Shown here piece after piece: positions 31,237 to 42,376 of a DNA stretch of 64,000 nt; within the stretch, counting starts at the first letter, position 1, and every line of letters begins with the position of its first letter. Origin of the DNA: Alphaproteobacteria bacterium (lineage in GTDB: Bacteria; Pseudomonadota; Alphaproteobacteria; UBA6615). The DNA lies in the NCBI GenBank assembly GCA_009691025.1, contig SHWB01000004.1, forward strand, positions 23,030-87,029, read 5' to 3'. Below the pieces are notes generated by a model that did not search any database, was not told where the DNA came from, and saw nothing but the letters and a program-made list of their open reading frames with translations. The position numbers and the translations under genes were made by a program.

Positions 31237-31849
31237 GGCTCAGCGCTCCGATACGCAGGATGACCCCGTCCTGGTCGGTCCGGCTCGGCAGGCGGTCGAT
31301 GGTGAACCGCCACGCGGCGGCAGCATCGGCGATCTCGCTTTCGGCCTCGCGTCCCTTGAGAAACAGACACATGCCGTTGCCGGCCAGCCAGCGGGCGGCC
31401 CAGCCGAGCAGCCGCTTGAGGGGCGCCAGCGCGCGGGCGCACACGACGGAGGACGGCGAAGGCTCGACAGTCTCGATCCGGCCGACACGGATCGCGACAT
31501 CGGTCGCGGTCACCCTTGCCGCCTCGCGCAGGAACTCCGCCTTGCGGACATCGGCCTCGACGAGGGCCATCGGCCGCACGCCCATGATGGCCAGGACCAG
31601 ACCCGGCAGGCCGGCGCCGCTGCCGAGATCGGCAACCGTGTCCTGTCTGCCGATATGGGGATAAAGCTGGGCGGAATCCAGCATGTGGCGGCGCCATGGA
31701 TCGGCGAGGGTCCGCGCGCCCACCAAATTGACCGCGCGCTGCCATTGGCCCAGCAAGCCTAGATAGGCCTCCAGGCGATCCAGCGTTTCACGTGAAACAC
31801 CGGTCAGGGAGCGGAACTCTGCCGGCGTCAGCGGTCGCTCGGTCTTCAT
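31229..31849 (-). CDS. rsmG: 16S rRNA m7G527 methyltransferase
   Basis: NLVG, RHMLDS, DLGSGAGLPG, ARA, FLKG. Confidence 0.95.
31784..31799. promoter_or_regulatory. parS: parS site inside rsmG
   Basis: CGTTTCACGTGAAACA, near-perfect parS palindrome. Confidence 0.92.
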
Positions 31850-31860
31850 GCCCGTGTGAC

Positions 31861-31915
31861 TACCACATATTGCGGTAGTGGTGACTGTGGAAAGTGATTG
31901 GAAATAGATATTGCG
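31861..31915. promoter_or_regulatory. Tandem NrdR-like boxes upstream of rsmG-parA-parB
   Basis: TACCACATATTGCG and AAATAGATATTGCG, starts 41 bp apart. Confidence 0.55.
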
Positions 31916-31973
31916 TCCGGGCCGGCGCGAGAAACCGGCGCGCGTTACTGTCGAGCAACACTAGAAGCCTGCG

Positions 31974-33842
31974 TCAGGCGGCCGACCGTTCCCCCGCCCG
32001 TCGCACATGGCGCAGCAGTGCCGCGAGCGCGGCCGGGGTGACGCCGGCAATGCGCGCGGCCTGGCCCAGCGTCGCCGGCCGGGTCCGTGTCAGCTTCTGG
32101 CGCATCTCGTTCGAAAGGCCGCCGATCAGCCCGTAGTCCAGCGCTGGGGGCAATTCGAGGGCCTCATCGCGGCGAAAGGCGCGGATATCGGCGTCCTGGC
32201 GGCCGAGGTAGCCGGCATATCCGGCCTCGATCGTCAGCTGGTCGATGGCGTCATGTGACACGCCGCCGATGTCCGGCCACAGCCGCGCCAGCGCCGCCGC
32301 GTCAATCCCGGGGTGCCCGAGCAGGGTCATGGCCGTGCGGCGGCGGCCGTCGTGATTGACATGGAGCCCCGCGCGGGCCAGCACCTCGGGTGTCGCTGCG
32401 AGACCCTCCAGCAGGGCCCGCCCCGCTTCCAGCCGCGCCTGGCGGGCGGCGAAGGCGGCGCGCCGCGCCGGACCGACGCAACCGAGCCCGATGCCGGCCG
32501 GGGTGAGGCGCAGATCGGCATTGTCGGCGCGCAGGGTTAGCCGGTATTCGGCGCGCGAGGTGAACATGCGATAGGGCTCGTCGGCGCCGCGCGTGACGAG
32601 GTCGTCGACCAGAACACCGAGATAGGCATCGGCCCGGCCGGGCGCGAAGCGGCGCCCGCCGCCGCCGGCCAGCAGGGCGGCATTGAGCCCGGCGACCAGA
32701 CCCTGCGCCGCGGCCTCCTCGTAGCCCGTGGTGCCGTTGATCTGCCCGGCGAGGAAAAGCCCCGGCAGCCTGCGCGTCTGCAGGGTGGCGTCCAGCTCAC
32801 GCGGATCGACGAAGTCGTACTCGACGGCATAACCAGGGCGGAGCATTTCCGCCCGTTCGAGCCCGGGGATCGTCGCGACGAAGGCACGTTGCGCGGCCTC
32901 TGGCAACGAAGTCGAAATCCCGTTGGGATAGACAGTGTGATCGTCCAGCCCTTCCGGCTCGAGGAATATCTGGTGCCCGTCCCGGTCGGCGAAGCGGACG
33001 ATTTTGTCCTCCAGGGACGGGCAATAGCGCGGTCCCGCCCCCTCGATGCGGCCCGCATACATCGGCGAAAATCGAAGGTTTTCGCGGACGATGGCATGCG
33101 TCGCCGGGGTCGTGGCCGTCACATGGCAGGCGATCTGCGGCGTCGCGATCGCCGTCGTCAGGGCCGAAAGCGGCACAGGATCGGCATCGCCCGGCTGCGC
33201 GGCCAGAGCGGAGTAGTCGATCGTCCGGCCGTCGAGACGAGGCGGTGTACCGGTCTTGAGCCGTCCAAGAGCTAGGCCGTGGCGCGCAAAAGTTTCCGCC
33301 AGGGCGACGGAGGGGGCCTCGCCGGCCCGCCCGGCCGGCATCTGCCACTCGCCGATATGGATCACGCCGCGCAGAAAGGTCCCCGTCGTCACCACCACAG
33401 CGCCGCTACGCAACCTCCGTCCGTCGGAAAGTATCACTCCCGCCGTCACGCCGGCCGAGTCCAGCACCAGATCGTCCACCGCACCGGCGATCACGGACAG
33501 GCCGTCCTGGGCCGCCAGCAGCGATTGCATCGCGCAGCGATAGAGCTTGCGGTCGGCCTGAGCCCGCGGGCCGCGTACCGCCGGCCCCTTGCTGCGGTTG
33601 AGCAGGCGGAACTGGATGCCCGCGCGGTCGGCGGCGAGGCCCATGAGGCCGTCCAGCGCGTCGATCTCGCGCACCAAATGACCCTTGCCGAGCCCGCCGA
33701 TGGCGGGATTGCAGGACATCTCACCGATCTTCGACGGGTCGTGCGTCACCAGCGCCGTGCGGGCACCGAGGCGCGCCGCCGCCGCTGCCGCTTCGCAGCC
33801 GGCATGGCCGCCCCCGACGACGATGACGTCTAAAAGAATCAT
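31974..33842 (-). CDS. mnmG: tRNA U34 modification enzyme MnmG (GidA)
   Basis: [40 protein letters not shown]. Confidence 0.97.
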   Translation of the reverse strand: MILLDVIVVGGGHAGCEAAAAAARLGARTALVTHDPSKIGEMSCNPAIGGLGKGHLVREIDALDGLMGLAADRAGIQFRLLNRSKGPAVRGPRAQADRKLYRCAMQSLLAAQDGLSVIAGAVDDLVLDSAGVTAGVILSDGRRLRSGAVVVTTGTFLRGVIHIGEWQMPAGRAGEAPSVALAETFARHGLALGRLKTGTPPRLDGRTIDYSALAAQPGDADPVPLSALTTAIATPQIACHVTATTPATHAIVRENLRFSPMYAGRIEGAGPRYCPSLEDKIVRFADRDGHQIFLEPEGLDDHTVYPNGISTSLPEAAQRAFVATIPGLERAEMLRPGYAVEYDFVDPRELDATLQTRRLPGLFLAGQINGTTGYEEAAAQGLVAGLNAALLAGGGGRRFAPGRADAYLGVLVDDLVTRGADEPYRMFTSRAEYRLTLRADNADLRLTPAGIGLGCVGPARRAAFAARQARLEAGRALLEGLAATPEVLARAGLHVNHDGRRRTAMTLLGHPGIDAAALARLWPDIGGVSHDAIDQLTIEAGYAGYLGRQDADIRAFRRDEALELPPALDYGLIGGLSNEMRQKLTRTRPATLGQAARIAGVTPAALAALLRHVRRAGERSAA

Positions 33843-33865
33843 GCGCTCCGCGGCCGTGCGGCCCT

Positions 33866-33995
33866 CATCCTTCGACAGGCTCAGGATGAGGATTTGGGAA
33901 GATTGGCCGGCCCCTAGGGACCGTTCGCCCCCGGCAGCGCCGATCCCGGGGGACCAATCCAACAAGAAGCCTCATCCTGAGCCTGTCGAAGGATG
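33866..33995. repeat. Palindromic repeat dimer (26-bp arms, CCTGAGCCTGTCGAAGG family)
   Basis: 33866-33891 and 33970-33995 are reverse complements. Confidence 0.9.
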
Positions 33996-34047
33996 GGACC
34001 TCGCGCCGGGTCTTACCCTCGTGTCGCAGCCGCTGTCAAAGCGGCAG

Positions 34048-34063
34048 TGTTTCACGTGAAACG
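34048..34063. promoter_or_regulatory. parS: parS site between mnmE and mnmG
   Basis: TGTTTCACGTGAAACG. Confidence 0.92.
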
Positions 34064-34068
34064 CCGCA

Positions 34069-35406
34069 CTACTTGCCGATGCAAAAATCGCGGAAGATCA
34101 CATCGAGCAATTCCTCGACGTCCACCCGACCGGTGATCCGGCCCAGGGACCGGGCGGCCAGGCGGACATCTTCCGCCACCAGCTCCGGCGGCACCCCCCC
34201 CGCGGCGGCCCGCCGCAGGGCCACCTTGGCCTCCTCCAGCGCGGCGCGATGTCGAGCCCGCGTCAGCGCGGGACTTTCGCGCGCACCGAAGCGGTCGGCC
34301 ACCGCCTCCGTGAGCCGCGCCTCCAGCGCGGCGACACCCGCGCCGGTCAGCGCCGACACGGCCGACGCCGTCTGCCCGCCAATCATCGCCGCCGCGGGCG
34401 CCAGCAGATCGGCCTTGTTGAGCACGGGCACCGTCGTCGCATCGATCAGCGCCATTGTTTGCGGATCAAGCGCCGGCCACGCCGTCGCATCGAACACCGC
34501 AAGACGGAGATCTGCAGCGACGGCGGCCGCCTGCGCACGCCTGACGCCCTCGACCTCCACGGGGTCGGCGGCATCGCGCAGCCCGGCGGTGTCGGCCAGG
34601 ATGACTTTCACTCCGCCGAGATCAAGCGCGACCTCGATGACGTCGCGCGTGGTGCCGGCGGTCGGGGCGACGATAGCCGCCTCGCGACGCGCCAGTCTGT
34701 TGAGAAGACTGGATTTTCCGACATTCGGCGCACCGATCACCGCAATCCGCACGCCATCCCGCAGTCTCTCCCCACGATGCCCGTCAGCGAGATGCGCCGC
34801 GATGTCGGCGGCCAGCCCGGCGATCGCCGCGCGCGCGGCGTCGCCGGCCTCAGGCGGTAAATCCTCGTCGGGAAAGTCGATATCCGCCTCAAGATGCGCG
34901 AGCAGCCGCACCAGCCGGTCGCGCCAGCCATCGTAGAGCCCGGCCAGCGCGCCGTCGAGCTGGGCCAGCGCCTGGCGCCTCTGCCCCGCCGTCTCGGCGG
35001 CGACCAGATCGGCCACCGCCTCGGCGGCAGTTAGGTCAAGCCGCCCGTTCTCGAAAGCCCTGCGGGCGAATTCTCCCGGCTCGGCAAGCCGCAGCCCCGG
35101 CAGGCGCGCCAACACATCGAGCACGCCGGCCAGCACGGCGCGGCCGCCATGCAGATGCAATTCGGCCATGTCCTCGCCGGTCTCGCTGCCGGGACCGGGC
35201 AGCCAGAGAAGCAAGGCGGAATCGAGCACCTCCCCACCGGCCGGATCGCGCAGACGGCGTAGGCTCGCATGGCGCGGCGCCGGGCGACGCCCGCCGGTCA
35301 GCGCATCGATCGTCGCCCCGGCGCCGGGGCCCGACAGGCGGATGACGGCGATCGCCGCCACGCCGGCGCCCGTGGCCGGCGCGTAGATGGTCGAGGATTC
35401 ACCCAC
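34069..35406 (-). CDS. mnmE: tRNA modification GTPase MnmE (TrmE)
   Basis: [23 protein letters not shown]-terminal FCIGK. Confidence 0.97.
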   Translation of the reverse strand: MGESSTIYAPATGAGVAAIAVIRLSGPGAGATIDALTGGRRPAPRHASLRRLRDPAGGEVLDSALLLWLPGPGSETGEDMAELHLHGGRAVLAGVLDVLARLPGLRLAEPGEFARRAFENGRLDLTAAEAVADLVAAETAGQRRQALAQLDGALAGLYDGWRDRLVRLLAHLEADIDFPDEDLPPEAGDAARAAIAGLAADIAAHLADGHRGERLRDGVRIAVIGAPNVGKSSLLNRLARREAAIVAPTAGTTRDVIEVALDLGGVKVILADTAGLRDAADPVEVEGVRRAQAAAVAADLRLAVFDATAWPALDPQTMALIDATTVPVLNKADLLAPAAAMIGGQTASAVSALTGAGVAALEARLTEAVADRFGARESPALTRARHRAALEEAKVALRRAAAGGVPPELVAEDVRLAARSLGRITGRVDVEELLDVIFRDFCIGK

Positions 35407-35414
35407 CTTCCACG

Positions 35415-35642
35415 TCAGTCCTTGCGCCCGCCGCCGAGGCCGCCGCCGAATCGCGCCCAGAAGGCCTTCTGCGCCTGCTCAATGCCTTCGAGCCCGAGCG
35501 GCAGCCGGGTTTTCATCACCGCCTCCGGCTCCATCGCCGCGAGCCCCGCCATCACCGCGTCCTGCGCCGTGCGCACATCCGGCAAGCCGAGGAAGGCCCG
35601 CGCCTCTTCCGGCGTGCAATCGATATCGACGGTCAGTTTCAT
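35415..35642 (-). CDS. DUF6489-like small protein, possibly internally shortened
   Basis: [16 protein letters not shown] motif. Confidence 0.7.
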   Translation of the reverse strand: MKLTVDIDCTPEEARAFLGLPDVRTAQDAVMAGLAAMEPEAVMKTRLPLGLEGIEQAQKAFWARFGGGLGGGRKD

Positions 35643-35762
35643 CGCCCCTCCCAGGACGCCCCGCGGCACCCTTTGCGCCTGTGCCGGCGCGCCCTACATT
35701 GCCGCAATCCGGCGCCGGCCATGATAGACCAAACCCCAACCGCCCGCGCCGCCGGAGAGCCC

Positions 35763-37790
35763 ATGGCCGTCAATCGCCTCGCCGACGAGACCAGTCCCTA
35801 TCTGCTGCAGCACGCCGACAATCCGGTGGACTGGCGCCCGTGGAGTGAGGCGGCGCTGGCCGATGCGCGCAGCAGCGACCGGCCGATAATGCTGTCGATC
35901 GGCTATGCGGCCTGCCATTGGTGCCATGTGATGGCGCATGAGAGCTTCGAGGATCCCGCCATCGCCGCGGTGATGAACGAGTTGTTCGTCAACATCAAGA
36001 TCGACCGCGAGGAACGGCCGGACCTCGACACGATTTACCAGACCGCCCTCGCTTTGATGGGCGAGCAAGGCGGCTGGCCGCTGACCATGTTCTGCACGCC
36101 CGAGGGCAAGCCGTTCTGGGGCGGCACCTATTTCCCGCCGACGGCCCGCTGGGGCAGGTCCGCCTTTCCCGACGTGCTGAGGCGCGTGTCGGAAGTCTGG
36201 AAGACCGAGCGTGGCAAGGTCGATACCAATGTCGCGGCCCTTCTCGACGGAATCGCCCAGAGTTCGGCCGCGCATGGAAGCGGCGCGCTGACCGCCGACG
36301 CGCCGGTCGAGGCCGGCCGGGCCATCGCGCGCGCCATCGACCCGGTCCATGGCGGCATCGGCCAGGCCCCGAAATTCCCCAATGTGCCGGCGCTGCGCCT
36401 GTTGTGGCGGGCCTGGCGGCGCAGCGGCGAGGAACCTCTCGGCCGTCTCTTCGCCGTCTCGCTCGACCGCATGGCGCAGGGCGGCATCTACGACCATCTC
36501 GGCGGCGGCTTCGCCCGCTACTCGACCGACGATGCCTGGCTGGTGCCGCATTTCGAGAAGATGCTCTACGACAATGCCCAGCTCGTCGAGCTGTACTGCG
36601 AGGGGTGGCAAGCCACACGCAAGCCGCTCTGGGCGAACCGCGTCGCGGAGACCTGCGACTGGGTGCTGCGCGACCTGCGCACCGGTGACGCGGGCGGCCA
36701 GGGCTTCGCCGCCACCTGGGATGCCGATTCCGAGGGCGAGGAAGGTCGCTACTACGTCTGGGCCGCGGCCGAGATCGACGCCCTTCTCGGTACGGACGCG
36801 GCGCTGTTCCGCGCCGCCTACGACGTCGACGAGGCCGGCAACTGGGAAGGCCGCGCAATCCTCAATCGTACCGCCCGGCCGGATTTGCAGACCCAAACGG
36901 ATGAAGCGATCCTCGCGCGCTGCCGCGCCGTATTGCTCGCAAAACGTGCCGAACGCGTCCCGCCCTCGCGCGACGACAAGGTGCTGGCCGACTGGAACGG
37001 GCTGATGATCGCCGCGCTGGCCCGAGCCGCCGGCATCTTCGAGCGGCCCGACTGGCTCGCCGCCGCGCGCGAGGCCTTCGCCTTCATCCTGCGCGCCCTC
37101 GATGCCGGCGACGGAAGGCTGCAACATTCCTGGCGCGCCGGACGCGCACGCAACCTGGCGACCCTCGACGACTACGCCAACATGGCGCGCGCGGCCCTCC
37201 TGCTGCACGAGGCGACCGGCGAAATCTCCTATCTCGACCGCGCGCGCGCCTGGGTCGCCACCGTCGAACGCCACTACCGCGACGTCGGGGGTGGCGGATA
37301 CTTCTTCACCGCCGACGACGCGCGCGACATCATCGCGCGCACCCGCACCGCCGTCGACAACGCGACCCCGAACGGCAGCGGCACCCTCGCGGAAGTGCTG
37401 TCCAGGCTCTACTTCCTGACCGGACACAGGCCATACTTTGATGCTGCGGAGGCCCTGATCTCGGCCTTTTCCGTAGACATAGCGCGGTCGCCCCTGGGGT
37501 GCGCCACCATGCTGCTCGCGTATGACGGACTGCAACATCCCCTGCAGGTAGCGGTCACGGGAAGCGCCCACGACACCACCCGGCGCGCCCTGCTGGCGAC
37601 GGCCCGACAGGCGCCCCTGCCGGCCGCCCTGATCCTGTCGGTGACAGATGACAGCGTCCTGCCTTCCGACCACCCTGCCGCCGGCAAGCTGCCCGCCGAC
37701 GGCACGGCCGCCGCCTTCGTCTGCCGTGGCCCGATTTGCTCTCTGCCGCTCCGCGACCCGGCCGCGCTCGCCGCCGCGCTGGCGCAATGA
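35763..37790 (+). CDS. Thioredoxin-domain protein (YyaL/DUF255 family)
   Basis: [39 protein letters not shown]. Confidence 0.93.
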   Translation: MAVNRLADETSPYLLQHADNPVDWRPWSEAALADARSSDRPIMLSIGYAACHWCHVMAHESFEDPAIAAVMNELFVNIKIDREERPDLDTIYQTALALMGEQGGWPLTMFCTPEGKPFWGGTYFPPTARWGRSAFPDVLRRVSEVWKTERGKVDTNVAALLDGIAQSSAAHGSGALTADAPVEAGRAIARAIDPVHGGIGQAPKFPNVPALRLLWRAWRRSGEEPLGRLFAVSLDRMAQGGIYDHLGGGFARYSTDDAWLVPHFEKMLYDNAQLVELYCEGWQATRKPLWANRVAETCDWVLRDLRTGDAGGQGFAATWDADSEGEEGRYYVWAAAEIDALLGTDAALFRAAYDVDEAGNWEGRAILNRTARPDLQTQTDEAILARCRAVLLAKRAERVPPSRDDKVLADWNGLMIAALARAAGIFERPDWLAAAREAFAFILRALDAGDGRLQHSWRAGRARNLATLDDYANMARAALLLHEATGEISYLDRARAWVATVERHYRDVGGGGYFFTADDARDIIARTRTAVDNATPNGSGTLAEVLSRLYFLTGHRPYFDAAEALISAFSVDIARSPLGCATMLLAYDGLQHPLQVAVTGSAHDTTRRALLATARQAPLPAALILSVTDDSVLPSDHPAAGKLPADGTAAAFVCRGPICSLPLRDPAALAAALAQ

Positions 37791-37794
37791 CGCG

Positions 37795-38252
37795 ATGAGC
37801 GGCGCTCTCACCGTGCTCAGCCCCTTCGGCCCCCTGGCCGTCATCGAAGACGATGGCGCCCCGGTCGCGATCGACTGGCAGGCCGGCGCGGACAGCCGGC
37901 CGCCGAGCAACTCGCTGCCTATTTCGCCTGGGATCGCAAGGATTTCGACCCGCCGGTCGCGCCCCGCGGCTCGGCGCACGCCCGCGCGGTCTGGCGCGCC
38001 ACGTGCGCCATTCCCTGGGGTGAAACCCGTACCTATGGCGAGGTGGCGCGCAATATCGCCTCCTCCCCGCGGGCCGGGGGTGGCGCCTGCGGCGCCGATC
38101 CCCTGCCGATCATCGTGCCCTGCCCTCGCATCCTCGCGGCCGGCGGCCGGCTCGGCGGCTATTTGGGCGCCGGCGGCGGCGGCGCCAAGCGCGCGCTTCT
38201 GGCGTTGGAGGGTCACCCGGTCCAGTTCAGCCTTCTCGACACAACGCACTGA
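37795..38252 (+). pseudogene. ogt: Methylated-DNA--protein-cysteine methyltransferase (Ogt), frameshifted and degenerate
   Basis: SPFGPL N terminus in one frame; EQLAAYF..IPWGETRTYGEVA..IIVPCPRI..LGGY in another; PCHR motif reads PCPR. Confidence 0.8.
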
Positions 38253-38273
38253 TTCCACAGGGAGAATACATGA

Positions 38274-39245
38274 ATGGTCAACGCCATCCGTATCCATGAG
38301 CACGGCTCCGCCGACAAGATGCGCTGGGGGCCAATCGAGGTCGGCAAGCCCGGCCCGGGTGAGATCCGGATCCGCCACACCGCCATCGGCGTCAATTTCA
38401 TCGATGTCTACATGCGTTCCGGCGTGCGGCCGATGCAGCTTCCCGCCATCATCGGCATGGAGGCCGCCGGCATCGTCGAGGAGGTGGGGGCGGGCGTCGG
38501 CGGTTTCGCTGTGGGTGACCACGCCGCCTACACGGAGCCCGTCGGCAGCTACACCGAGGCGCGGGTTATGCCGGCGAAGACCGTCGTGAAACTGCCCAAG
38601 TGGATCGACGACAAGGTCGCCGCCGCCATGATGCTCAAGGGTATGACCGCGCAATTCCTTTGCCGGCGCACCTTTCGTGTCGAGAAGGGGCAGGCGGTAT
38701 TGCTGCATGCCGCGGCCGGTGGCGTCGGCCTGATCCTGTCGCAATGGCTCAACCATCTCGGCGCTACAGTCATCGGCACGGCCGGCGGCAAGGACAAAAC
38801 GGCGCTGGCCAAGGCTCATGGCTGCCATCACGTCATCGACTACCGGACGGAGAACTTCGTCGCGCGGGTCAAGGAGATCACCGGCGGCAAGGGCGTGCCG
38901 GTGGTCTATGACGGCGTCGGCAAGGCGACGCTGACGGATTCGCTTAAATGCCTGCATCGCCTGGGCATGCTGGTGTCGTTCGGCAATGCGTCCGGCGTGC
39001 CCGACCCGATCGCGGGCGGCCAGCTCGCCGCGGGCGGTTCGCTGTTCTTCACACGGCCGATGCTGTTCGACTACAACGCCACGCGCGACGAGCTGGAGGC
39101 CACCGCGGCCGACCTGTTCGACGTGGTCGCGAAGGGCGCGGTGAAGATCGAGATCAACCAGACCTACAAGCTCAGCGAGGCGGCGAAGGCGCATGCCGAT
39201 CTCGAGGCGCGGCGCACCACGGGCTCGACCATATTGCTGCCGTAG
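38274..39245 (+). CDS. qor: NADPH:quinone oxidoreductase (zeta-crystallin family)
   Basis: GVNFID, HAAAGGVG, VVYDGVG, FGNASG, RRTTGS. Confidence 0.93.
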   Translation: MVNAIRIHEHGSADKMRWGPIEVGKPGPGEIRIRHTAIGVNFIDVYMRSGVRPMQLPAIIGMEAAGIVEEVGAGVGGFAVGDHAAYTEPVGSYTEARVMPAKTVVKLPKWIDDKVAAAMMLKGMTAQFLCRRTFRVEKGQAVLLHAAAGGVGLILSQWLNHLGATVIGTAGGKDKTALAKAHGCHHVIDYRTENFVARVKEITGGKGVPVVYDGVGKATLTDSLKCLHRLGMLVSFGNASGVPDPIAGGQLAAGGSLFFTRPMLFDYNATRDELEATAADLFDVVAKGAVKIEINQTYKLSEAAKAHADLEARRTTGSTILLP

Positions 39246-39362
39246 GGCGCTTCCAAAAGCATGGCGGCCGGCCATACAAGTAGTGCGGCAGGCCGTTTTC
39301 TATTGGAAACCCAGTAACTTGACGCCCAGCTAAAGTATGGCCGACGAAGCCTGCCGATAGCG

Positions 39363-40646
39363 CTACTGGTTCATCGATTCGAAGAAGTCGCTGTTAGTCT
39401 TGGTGTGGCGCAGCTTGTCGAGCAGGAACTCCATGCTGTCCGTCACGCCCATCGGCATCAGGATGCGGCGCAGCACCCAGACCTTCGACAGCATGTCGCG
39501 CGGCAGCAGCAGCTCTTCCTTGCGCGTGCCAGACTTGGTGATGTCGATCGACGGCCAGGTGCGCTTGTCCGACAGCTTGCGGTCGAGCACGATTTCCGAG
39601 TTACCGGTGCCCTTGAACTCCTCGAAGATCACCTCGTCCATCCGCGAGCCGGTATCGATCAGCGCCGTCGAGATGATGGTCAGCGAGCCGCCCTCCTCGA
39701 TGTTGCGGGCGGCACCGAAGAAGCGCTTGGGCCGCTGCAGGGCGTTGGCGTCGACGCCGCCGGTCAGCACCTTGCCCGACGACGGCACCACGGTGTTGTA
39801 GGCGCGGGCGAGGCGCGTGATCGAATCGAGCAGGATGACAACGTCGCGCTTGTGCTCGACCAGCCGCTTGGCCTTGGCGATGACCATCTCGGCCACCTGC
39901 ACATGGCGCGTCGCCGGCTCGTCGAAGGTCGAGGAGATGACCTCGCCGCGCACGGTGCGCGCCATGTCGGTCACTTCCTCTGGCCGCTCGTCGATCAGCA
40001 GGACGATCAGGTAGACCTCGGGATGGTTCGCCATGATCGCCTTGGCGATGTTCTGCATCATCACCGTCTTGCCCGTCCGGGGCGGCGCGACGAGAAGCGC
40101 GCGCTGGCCCTTGCCCAGCGGTGCCACGATGTCGATCACCCGCAGGGTCGGGTCCTTGATCGTCGGATCGGGGATTTCGAGTGTCAGCTTCTCGTCGGGA
40201 TAGAGCGGCGTGAGGTTGTCGAAATTGATGCGATGCCGCGTCTGCTCGACATCGTCGAAATTGACGTTGTTGATCTTGAGCAGCGCAAAGTAGCGCTCGC
40301 CGTCCTTGGGCGCACGGATCTCCCCGTCCACCGTGTCGCCGGTCCGCAGCGCGAAGCGCCGCACCTGGGTCGGCGAGACGTAGATGTCGTCCGGGCCCGG
40401 CAGGTAGTTCGATTCCGGCGAGCGCAGGAAGCCGAAACCGTCCTGCAGCACTTCCAGCACGCCGATGCCGAAGATCGGCACGTCGCGGTCGGCCAGCGCC
40501 TTGAGGATGGCGAACAGCATGTCCTGGGTGCGCAGCGTGCTGGCGCCCTCGACCTCCTGCTCCTCGGCGATGGCGAGCAGTTCCGCCGGCGTCTTCTTCT
40601 TGAGGGCCTGAAGGTGTACCGGCTGGTCGAGATCGAGCAGGGGCAT
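39363..40646 (-). CDS. rho: Transcription termination factor Rho
   Basis: [36 protein letters not shown]. Confidence 0.98.
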   Translation of the reverse strand: MPLLDLDQPVHLQALKKKTPAELLAIAEEQEVEGASTLRTQDMLFAILKALADRDVPIFGIGVLEVLQDGFGFLRSPESNYLPGPDDIYVSPTQVRRFALRTGDTVDGEIRAPKDGERYFALLKINNVNFDDVEQTRHRINFDNLTPLYPDEKLTLEIPDPTIKDPTLRVIDIVAPLGKGQRALLVAPPRTGKTVMMQNIAKAIMANHPEVYLIVLLIDERPEEVTDMARTVRGEVISSTFDEPATRHVQVAEMVIAKAKRLVEHKRDVVILLDSITRLARAYNTVVPSSGKVLTGGVDANALQRPKRFFGAARNIEEGGSLTIISTALIDTGSRMDEVIFEEFKGTGNSEIVLDRKLSDKRTWPSIDITKSGTRKEELLLPRDMLSKVWVLRRILMPMGVTDSMEFLLDKLRHTKTNSDFFESMNQ

Positions 40647-40832
40647 GGTGGGTTGCCGCTATGTCGGAGGGAACAGGGCGCGCCTGACCGGCGCGCCGCG
40701 ATGGCCAACGGTGACGCCCACGCTCAGGGCACTTTGGAAATGCTGCGGCGGGGCGGCCGGTTCCGGCGTTATCGCCGGATGGCCCTGGGCGGGAGCGGGA
40801 TTCCGGTGGGGAGCCGGACAACCCTTCGGCTG

Positions 40833-40861
40833 ATGTAGTACGGGGGTTCCGGCAAAGTCAA
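40833..40861 (-). promoter_or_regulatory. Sigma70-type promoter of rho
   Basis: Minus strand TTGACT-N17-CTACAT, about 185 nt upstream of the rho start. Confidence 0.6.
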
Positions 40862-40883
40862 CACACTTCACCGCCCGCCGGGC

Positions 40884-41336
40884 TCAAAACGGCCGTACCA
40901 TCACCATGGCAAGGATGGCCAGCAACAGCACCGCCGGCACCTCGTTGACGATGCGGTAGAAGCGGGCACCGTGCCGGTTGGCGCCGGCGGCGAAATCCTT
41001 GCGCCAGCGCGCCAGCAGGTGATGCAGCGCGCTGAGGACGACGACGCAGGCGAGCTTCACCCAGATCCAGCCCTCGCTCCAGTCGGCGAGACCCGGAGTG
41101 AAGGCCAGCAGCCCGCCGAGCACCCAGACCATCACCAGCGACGGGTTCATGATGCCGCGCAGCAGCCGCCTTTCCATGACCACGAAAGTCGTGGCGGTCT
41201 CGGAGCCTGGCGCAGAGGCCACATGATAGACATAGAGACGCGGCAGATAGAGCATCCCGGCCATCCACGCGATCACAGCGAAGATATGCAGCGCCTTGAT
41301 CCACGGCAGCATGTCGGCCCACAGGGTCTCGCTCAT
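40884..41336 (-). CDS. hemJ: Protoporphyrinogen oxidase HemJ
   Basis: WIKALH, WMAGMLYLPRLYVYH, MERRL, NEVP. Confidence 0.95.
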   Translation of the reverse strand: MSETLWADMLPWIKALHIFAVIAWMAGMLYLPRLYVYHVASAPGSETATTFVVMERRLLRGIMNPSLVMVWVLGGLLAFTPGLADWSEGWIWVKLACVVVLSALHHLLARWRKDFAAGANRHGARFYRIVNEVPAVLLLAILAMVMVRPF

Positions 41337-42376
41337 GCGGCCTCCCGCGCGCACGGGCATTGCGTGCGGTCGGGCGGGCACAGGCGCCGCCCGCCGGGTC
41401 CGGCGACCGCGCCGCCACTGTCCAGCGCCTGTCGCACGGTACCTACGAGCGCCGCGATGAAGGCCGGCCGCGTATCGACGGTCGGCGCGCGAAACCAGGC
41501 CGGCACCCCGACATGGCGGGCTAGTTTGGCATATTCGACATCCAGCTCGACCAGCGTCTCGACATGCTCGGAGACGAAGGCAATGGGCACGACCACCACC
41601 GGCACGCCGTCGGCGCCGGCCCGGCGGATCTCGTCGTCGGTCGCCGGCCCGATCCATTCCAGCGGCCCGACCCGGCTCTGGTAGCAGATGCGCCAGTCGG
41701 TCCCCGCACCCAGCCGCGCCGCCACCGCGACCGCCGTGCGCTCCACCTGCCACTGATACGGGTCGCCGCGCGCGATCACCTTCTTCGGCAATCCATGCGC
41801 CGAGAACAGCACGCGCGGCACGCCATGCGCGCGCGCCTCGTACGTCAACCGCCGGACTAGACCGGCCATTTCCTCGACGAAGCCCTCGGCCTCCGGCCAG
41901 CAGCAGGCCAGGGTCGCCGGCGCGGTCAGCCCTGTCTTTTCGGCCGCGCTCCGCCATACGCGCATCGACGATCCCATGGTCGTGGTCGAGTATTGCGGGT
42001 AGAGCGGTAGCAGCACGATGCGGTCGGGGCGCCATGCCGCGACCGCCACCACCGCATCCTCGATGAAAGGATGCCAGTAACGCATTGCGACGAAGCAGCG
42101 CGTCTCTCCGAGTCCGGCATTGTCCAAAGCGCCGTTCAGGGAGGCCGCCTGCGCCTCGGTGTTTGGCAGCAACGGCGAGAGGCCACCGAGACGCGCATAG
42201 TTCGCCCGGGCGAATTTTTCCCGACGCGTGGAGAGCATGCTCGCCAGCAGCCGGCGCATCGGCTGCGGCGCGTCAATGATGGCCTGGTCGTTGAACAGGT
42301 TGAACAGGAACGGGCGAACGGCCACCAGCGAGTCCGGCCCGCCAAGATTGAACAGCACAACCGCGGTCTTCATCAC
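41333..42376 (-). CDS. hemH: Ferrochelatase
   Basis: NLGGP, AMRYWHP, PLYPQYS, SAHGLP, FVSEHVETLVELD. Confidence 0.96.
   Translation of the reverse strand: MMKTAVVLFNLGGPDSLVAVRPFLFNLFNDQAIIDAPQPMRRLLASMLSTRREKFARANYARLGGLSPLLPNTEAQAASLNGALDNAGLGETRCFVAMRYWHPFIEDAVVAVAAWRPDRIVLLPLYPQYSTTTMGSSMRVWRSAAEKTGLTAPATLACCWPEAEGFVEEMAGLVRRLTYEARAHGVPRVLFSAHGLPKKVIARGDPYQWQVERTAVAVAARLGAGTDWRICYQSRVGPLEWIGPATDDEIRRAGADGVPVVVVPIAFVSEHVETLVELDVEYAKLARHVGVPAWFRAPTVDTRPAFIAALVGTVRQALDSGGAVAGPGGRRLCPPDRTQCPCAREAA

Noticed and set aside
33843-33965. N-terminal extension of MnmG in the ORF track
   Set aside because: Translation of the repeat element; the conserved start is at 33842
35694-39275. 1193-aa minus-strand ORF
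   Set aside because: Antisense shadow of the YyaL-like gene, ogt and qor; no recognisable motifs, expected in high-GC DNA
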